Shown here piece after piece: positions 57,575-61,394 of a stretch of 61,394 nucleotides of DNA. The DNA is from Candidatus Methanophagales archaeon. Its GTDB lineage: Archaea > Halobacteriota > Syntropharchaeia > Alkanophagales > Methanospirareceae. How positions within the stretch are numbered: position 1 is the first letter of the stretch; every line of letters begins with the position of its first letter. The position numbers and the translations under genes are program-made. The notes under the pieces were generated by a model. It was not told the DNA's origin. It did no database searches and saw nothing but the letters and a program-made list of their open reading frames with translations. The DNA is taken from the NCBI GenBank assembly GCA_025435355.1, contig JANJFQ010000001.1, positions 1 through 61,394 on the forward strand, in the 5' to 3' direction.

Positions 57575-59173
57575 TCACGCGGTCCGCAATACCTCTATCT
57601 TCGTTATTTTACCATCCTTCATATGCGCTACTCTATCGCAAACCATTTCAACAAAATCAAGGTCATGAGAGACAATTAAGAAAGTTATCCCTAAATTCTC
57701 CCTCGCCGCCCTTATAGACTCTGCAACGAATTTCTTTGTTATTGGGTCCATTGTTCCTGTTGGCTCATCAAGTATCGCTATCGCAGGCTCCTTCATCAAT
57801 ATCTGAGCAAGAACTACCCGCTGTCTTTCTCCAACGCTTAGTTGAGTATGGTCCTTCGGGAGTATCTCCACCGCTTCTTCTTCGCTAAATCCTATCCCCT
57901 GCAAGATAAAGATTGCCTTCATCCTCGCAAGCTCTTCTGGTATCTTCAAACCTATGCAGCTCGTGAGATTCTCTAACACCGTCTTCTCAGGATATAATGA
58001 ATACTCTTGGTGTAACATAGCTACGTGCGTCGCTGCTTGTTCGCCTACTCCTGGCGTAGTCGCTCCCCATGCAATCCACACACCGGTTTCTGCTACCCTT
58101 CCCACCTCTATCCACCTATCTCCTGCTCTTATCTTAATTGAGCCACCAGTTAGTGCGTCTATTTGGCATATAATTCGCGATAAACTCGTTTTCCCCGCTC
58201 CACTCTTCCCTAATAGCCCAAATATCTCGTTCTCATAGATTGTAAGCGAAACATCATCTACCGCTTTCACCATCCCTCTCCATATAGAGTAATAATACTT
58301 CTTACAATGGTCAATTTCTATCTTCGGCTCCCCGAGCTTCACATATTCTTCTCGCTCTATTTCTCCCACCTGCTTCTTAAAATCTTCCACTACTTTCTTT
58401 GAGTCGCCATACTCGACAATTTCACCATGATCCAGCCATAATGCTTTTTCTGTTAGTTCTTCAATGACGTAAGGCCAGTGGGAAGTGACAATAAGGGTCA
58501 TTCCTGCCTTCATGCTATCTACCAGTGCTTTATGCACAAGTTTTGCCGTTTCGAAGTCTAACGTCCCCGTAGGCTCATCCGCCAACAGTAACAGGGGGTC
58601 CAATGCCAGTTGTCTTGCAAGCACTACTCTTTGTTTTTCCCCTCCACTAAGGTCGCTTGCTGGAAAGGTTATGCGGTGAATCATTTTCACTGCTTTCAGC
58701 AGCTCATAAGCTCTTCTAAACTTCTTCTCCGCGGGATACTTTCTGCTCTCCAATGCCTGTAATACATTATACATCACTGTATCATCCCCGTATAACCCGA
58801 AAGTACGCTGCAACATAATAGCAACAGCCCTTTTTACTTTCCTCCTCACTTTAGCGTCCTTCCAGTAATTTACTTCCTTTAACTCTAATTCCGCCTCGCA
58901 CTTAATGCACACATTGCCTGCTTTGCTTGGTGCCTCTATCCACGAACAAGCCGGGCACATCGCCACCCTGAGAATTACCTCGCCTGAGGTAGGTGCGTAT
59001 TCCTCACTACCTCGCAACATGTGAAGCAAAACAGATTTCCCCGACCCGCTCTTTCCAAGCAAACCTAAAGGCTCTCCTTCCCATATATCCACGCTCACGT
59101 TTTTCAAGACTTCTTTGCCGTCGAACTCCTTGCTCACCCCGGAAACTTTTATAAATGGCTTCTCTTCACTCAT
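57575..59173 (-). CDS. atwA: MCR activation component A2 (dual ABC ATPase with Zn motif)
   Basis: Two Walker A motifs (GKSGSGKS, GKSGAGKT), CPAC...CIKC insert, IMLQRTF; adjacent to mcrC. Confidence 0.92.
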   Translation of the reverse strand: MSEEKPFIKVSGVSKEFDGKEVLKNVSVDIWEGEPLGLLGKSGSGKSVLLHMLRGSEEYAPTSGEVILRVAMCPACSWIEAPSKAGNVCIKCEAELELKEVNYWKDAKVRRKVKRAVAIMLQRTFGLYGDDTVMYNVLQALESRKYPAEKKFRRAYELLKAVKMIHRITFPASDLSGGEKQRVVLARQLALDPLLLLADEPTGTLDFETAKLVHKALVDSMKAGMTLIVTSHWPYVIEELTEKALWLDHGEIVEYGDSKKVVEDFKKQVGEIEREEYVKLGEPKIEIDHCKKYYYSIWRGMVKAVDDVSLTIYENEIFGLLGKSGAGKTSLSRIICQIDALTGGSIKIRAGDRWIEVGRVAETGVWIAWGATTPGVGEQAATHVAMLHQEYSLYPEKTVLENLTSCIGLKIPEELARMKAIFILQGIGFSEEEAVEILPKDHTQLSVGERQRVVLAQILMKEPAIAILDEPTGTMDPITKKFVAESIRAARENLGITFLIVSHDLDFVEMVCDRVAHMKDGKITKIEVLRTA

Positions 59174-59236
59174 TCCTCCACACTCTCCTCACTCTTCGTT
59201 ATTTATCTCTATTTTTAAAAAATGTTTCTATATTTT

Positions 59237-59608
59237 TCATCTCTTCTTTTTCTTTAACACCATTATGTCGGGTCTTGGAGGTGCTTTAGAACCTGCAAAC
59301 TCTCTTTTACACCTCTCACACAGTTCCCTCGCCGTAAGCGTAACCACTTCTTCACTCCCCGGTAGCTTCCTCGCATATACAAACTCTGGCTCTACACCAA
59401 CAGACTTGCTTATTTCTTCCAGCAGCGCATTTATCCTATCCTTGAATACCTCCACATCATCGCTCTGCAATCCTCGGAGGTCAGAAGTGAAGCCTACACA
59501 GCCACAAGTCATCTCGAAAACTTTCGCCTCCGGCACAAATAGGTTCCCTGTCAGAGCTTTCAGTTCCTCTTCCAACTTTCTCCTGCCTTCTCCTATTTCC
59601 TTCTTCAC
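59237..59608 (-). CDS. Cys-rich hypothetical protein (CGC and CxxC motifs)
   Basis: TCGCVG and ELCERC; co-oriented between the U32 gene and atwA. Confidence 0.75.
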   Translation of the reverse strand: MKKEIGEGRRKLEEELKALTGNLFVPEAKVFEMTCGCVGFTSDLRGLQSDDVEVFKDRINALLEEISKSVGVEPEFVYARKLPGSEEVVTLTARELCERCKREFAGSKAPPRPDIMVLKKKKR

Positions 59609-60627
59609 TTTTTTATTTCACCCACAACCTTACTTGTTAGTTCATCACAATACCGGCATTCTTCACATATCTTTTTGCACCCTTTCCACTGTTTTATAGC
59701 CCCTGCCAAATCTGCATTGTCTATAAAGAACATATCTTTAAGTTCGGCGGGGCAATCTAAAAGGTCGAGCAAATTACCTTCATACGCCCTGCTCGAATAC
59801 GCTTGCATGCCGTTCAGTATCCAATTAACTGTATTCGCTCGCCCGGAAATCTTGAAATCTTCTATGCCTATCGCCTCATATTCCCTCATGTCCTCAGGTC
59901 TTATCCACGGCGACCTTATGATTTGCGATGGGTCTCGCACCCGGATGGAGATGCACTTGTCAAAATAGTAATCGCCAAAGGTATTCAGAGGCTGAGCTCG
60001 TGCGTTTGAGAAAGAAGCGCGAAAGGTAGTTATGTGGGAGAAGAGGTTAAAATGCGAGTAGCGAAATGGGCACTTATAAAGACAACCTTCATTTACAATT
60101 ACCCTGATGCCACAGTTAACCGCCCTTAATATCGCTTCTAAAACCTTGAAGTTTCTGTTTATGTTTGTATCCACAGTGATTGCATCAGCACCAAGCGCTT
60201 CAAAAAATTCAGCACGTTGCGGCGAATCTACATGTGCCACACATGAAATAACCGTTTCCATCGGGAGATCCCTTAATAGTTCAATAAGATATGGCTCTGC
60301 CACGGTAACGCCATCAACACCTGCCTTGTTAAGTTCGTTGAAATACCACTCAAACATCTTATAACCCTCAAATGTCAGATGATAGCCACCCAGGCAGGAA
60401 GCATTCAGCACGACGTTCATCTTTACGTGGTGCTGGTGCGCATAAGCGGTTTGCTCTTTGATATCTTCAATAAGCGCTGCATGTAATGTCGCTCTCCCGC
60501 TTCCCATCACTTCCGGAGAGCCGGCCATGTAAACTTCTTCCACTTCTTTCAAGCCCTCTGCTTCTTTTGTCTCTATTATCTCCTTCAAAGCGGAGAAATG
60601 TCCTGGGTGTGGAATTATCAATTGCAT
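59605..60627 (-). CDS. Peptidase U32 family (Fe-S, hydroxylase-type) protein
   Basis: EVYMAG, LNASC, GVDGVTVAEP, NEGCLYKCP, WIRPED, FKISGR, C-terminal CKKICEECRYC. Confidence 0.85.
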   Translation of the reverse strand: MQLIIPHPGHFSALKEIIETKEAEGLKEVEEVYMAGSPEVMGSGRATLHAALIEDIKEQTAYAHQHHVKMNVVLNASCLGGYHLTFEGYKMFEWYFNELNKAGVDGVTVAEPYLIELLRDLPMETVISCVAHVDSPQRAEFFEALGADAITVDTNINRNFKVLEAILRAVNCGIRVIVNEGCLYKCPFRYSHFNLFSHITTFRASFSNARAQPLNTFGDYYFDKCISIRVRDPSQIIRSPWIRPEDMREYEAIGIEDFKISGRANTVNWILNGMQAYSSRAYEGNLLDLLDCPAELKDMFFIDNADLAGAIKQWKGCKKICEECRYCDELTSKVVGEIKK

Positions 60628-60635
60628 TTTCTATC

Positions 60636-61394
60636 TTATTCTATACTACGAGGGTTATAAATATATTTATGAAATGTTTCCAAGTTGCCCAACAAAACAA
60701 CCTCAACGAGGGATGAGGAGAAGATTAAAAAACCAATATTCACAATACCCAGAAGGTATAGTAGTGTAATTAGTATTGGTTGATGAATCAGGTAAATTAG
60801 TAATGAATGCCGCCCTAAAAAGCAAAACAATCTTATAAGAATATAATTAGAAAGGTCACAAAGGTTAAATTGCCGTGTGTAGTCAGGATATAGCAAATTC
60901 CCAAAAAACAATCCAATTAGAATTACTCCAAACCATGGAAAAATCGGGAAATAGTCAACAGTATAGAAGCGCTCTGGCATGAGTCCTAACCACATTAACC
61001 AGGGAAAACCAAAAGTAAGGTTCTTCAAATATATTCCAAGCGATATAAAAGCAATACCTATCAACAGATTCCAGGAACGGAGTTTTAAAAAGGGATATGC
61101 CAGAATAATCGAAATTCCAATAAGATGAAGTATCCCAAATACAATAAACCCCTCTCTCAAAAAGATCCAAGTCGTTAAGGTAATAATTAAACCCCATGAA
61201 AAGACCTTTAAACCTCTTTTGAGATATTTTTGGTATACTTTTTTCCCGGTATTCTGTATTTTCTTAACCCTTGAAAAACTAAGAGTTAGTGATATACCCA
61301 CCAAAAGAATAAAGATTGTGGCGGTCATGCGCCCAAAATATAACCAAAAACCAGAATGTAAATTAAGATTGTATTCACCGAAATAAGTCAGGTC
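60636..61394 (-). CDS. DUF1624/HGSNAT-like membrane acyltransferase-domain protein (5'-truncated by window edge)
   Basis: Frame open to the window edge; FGILHLIG, DYFPIFPWFG, LGRHSL.IYLIHQP. Confidence 0.8.
   Translation of the reverse strand, partial: DLTYFGEYNLNLHSGFWLYFGRMTATIFILLVGISLTLSFSRVKKIQNTGKKVYQKYLKRGLKVFSWGLIITLTTWIFLREGFIVFGILHLIGISIILAYPFLKLRSWNLLIGIAFISLGIYLKNLTFGFPWLMWLGLMPERFYTVDYFPIFPWFGVILIGLFFGNLLYPDYTRQFNLCDLSNYILIRLFCFLGRHSLLIYLIHQPILITLLYLLGIVNIGFLIFSSSLVEVVLLGNLETFHKYIYNPRSIE

Noticed and set aside
599..60716. Many short or antisense ORFs in the six-frame track (e.g. 651..986, 3863..4267, 10139..10537, 48011..48622, 59115..59699)
   Set aside because: They are shadows of well-supported genes on the opposite strand or in another frame, with no recognisable motifs.

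Overview
Archaeal chromosomal window from an MCR-encoding lineage. mcrC and atwA (component A2) are present without mcrBDGA, two proteins carry PGF-CTERM sorting signals, TPI/Taw3 are archaeal-type and BRE/TATA promoters are visible. An ANME-1/Methanophagales-like organism is inferred, not proven. 1-11 kb: PGF-CTERM-anchored beta-carbonic anhydrase and rhodanese, GlcG-like protein, AqpM-type aquaporin, a decayed aldehyde:ferredoxin oxidoreductase, Nfu, MoeB/ThiF, a split glutamate synthase, xseB, argB and fumarase alpha. 11-48 kb, the dominant feature: one set of small Mrp subunits (F, G, E, split B, C) with 12 antiporter-like (MrpD/MrpA/NuoLMN-family) genes arranged as repeated D1-D2-small-D3 cassettes. 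Several copies have substituted ion-pathway residues or look chimeric. The cassettes are interleaved with three paralogues of an unrecognised internally duplicated ~8-TM protein, two KaiC/GvpD-like ATPases, two CBS proteins, four stand-alone micro-proteins resembling the D3 C-terminal tail, a GH38 mannosidase, a recurring GTGnCAC 9-bp-phased promoter motif and a conserved structured 5' leader. 48-61 kb: taw3, TauE, pyrE-like, an RNase HI remnant, UDG-like, an atypical GT-B glucan enzyme, pyrF, tpiA, HAD, yjbQ, and a U32-protein/Cys-rich ORF/atwA/mcrC cluster. No rRNA, tRNA, CRISPR array or transposase was recognised. All family calls are by-eye motif recognition; no database searches were run.
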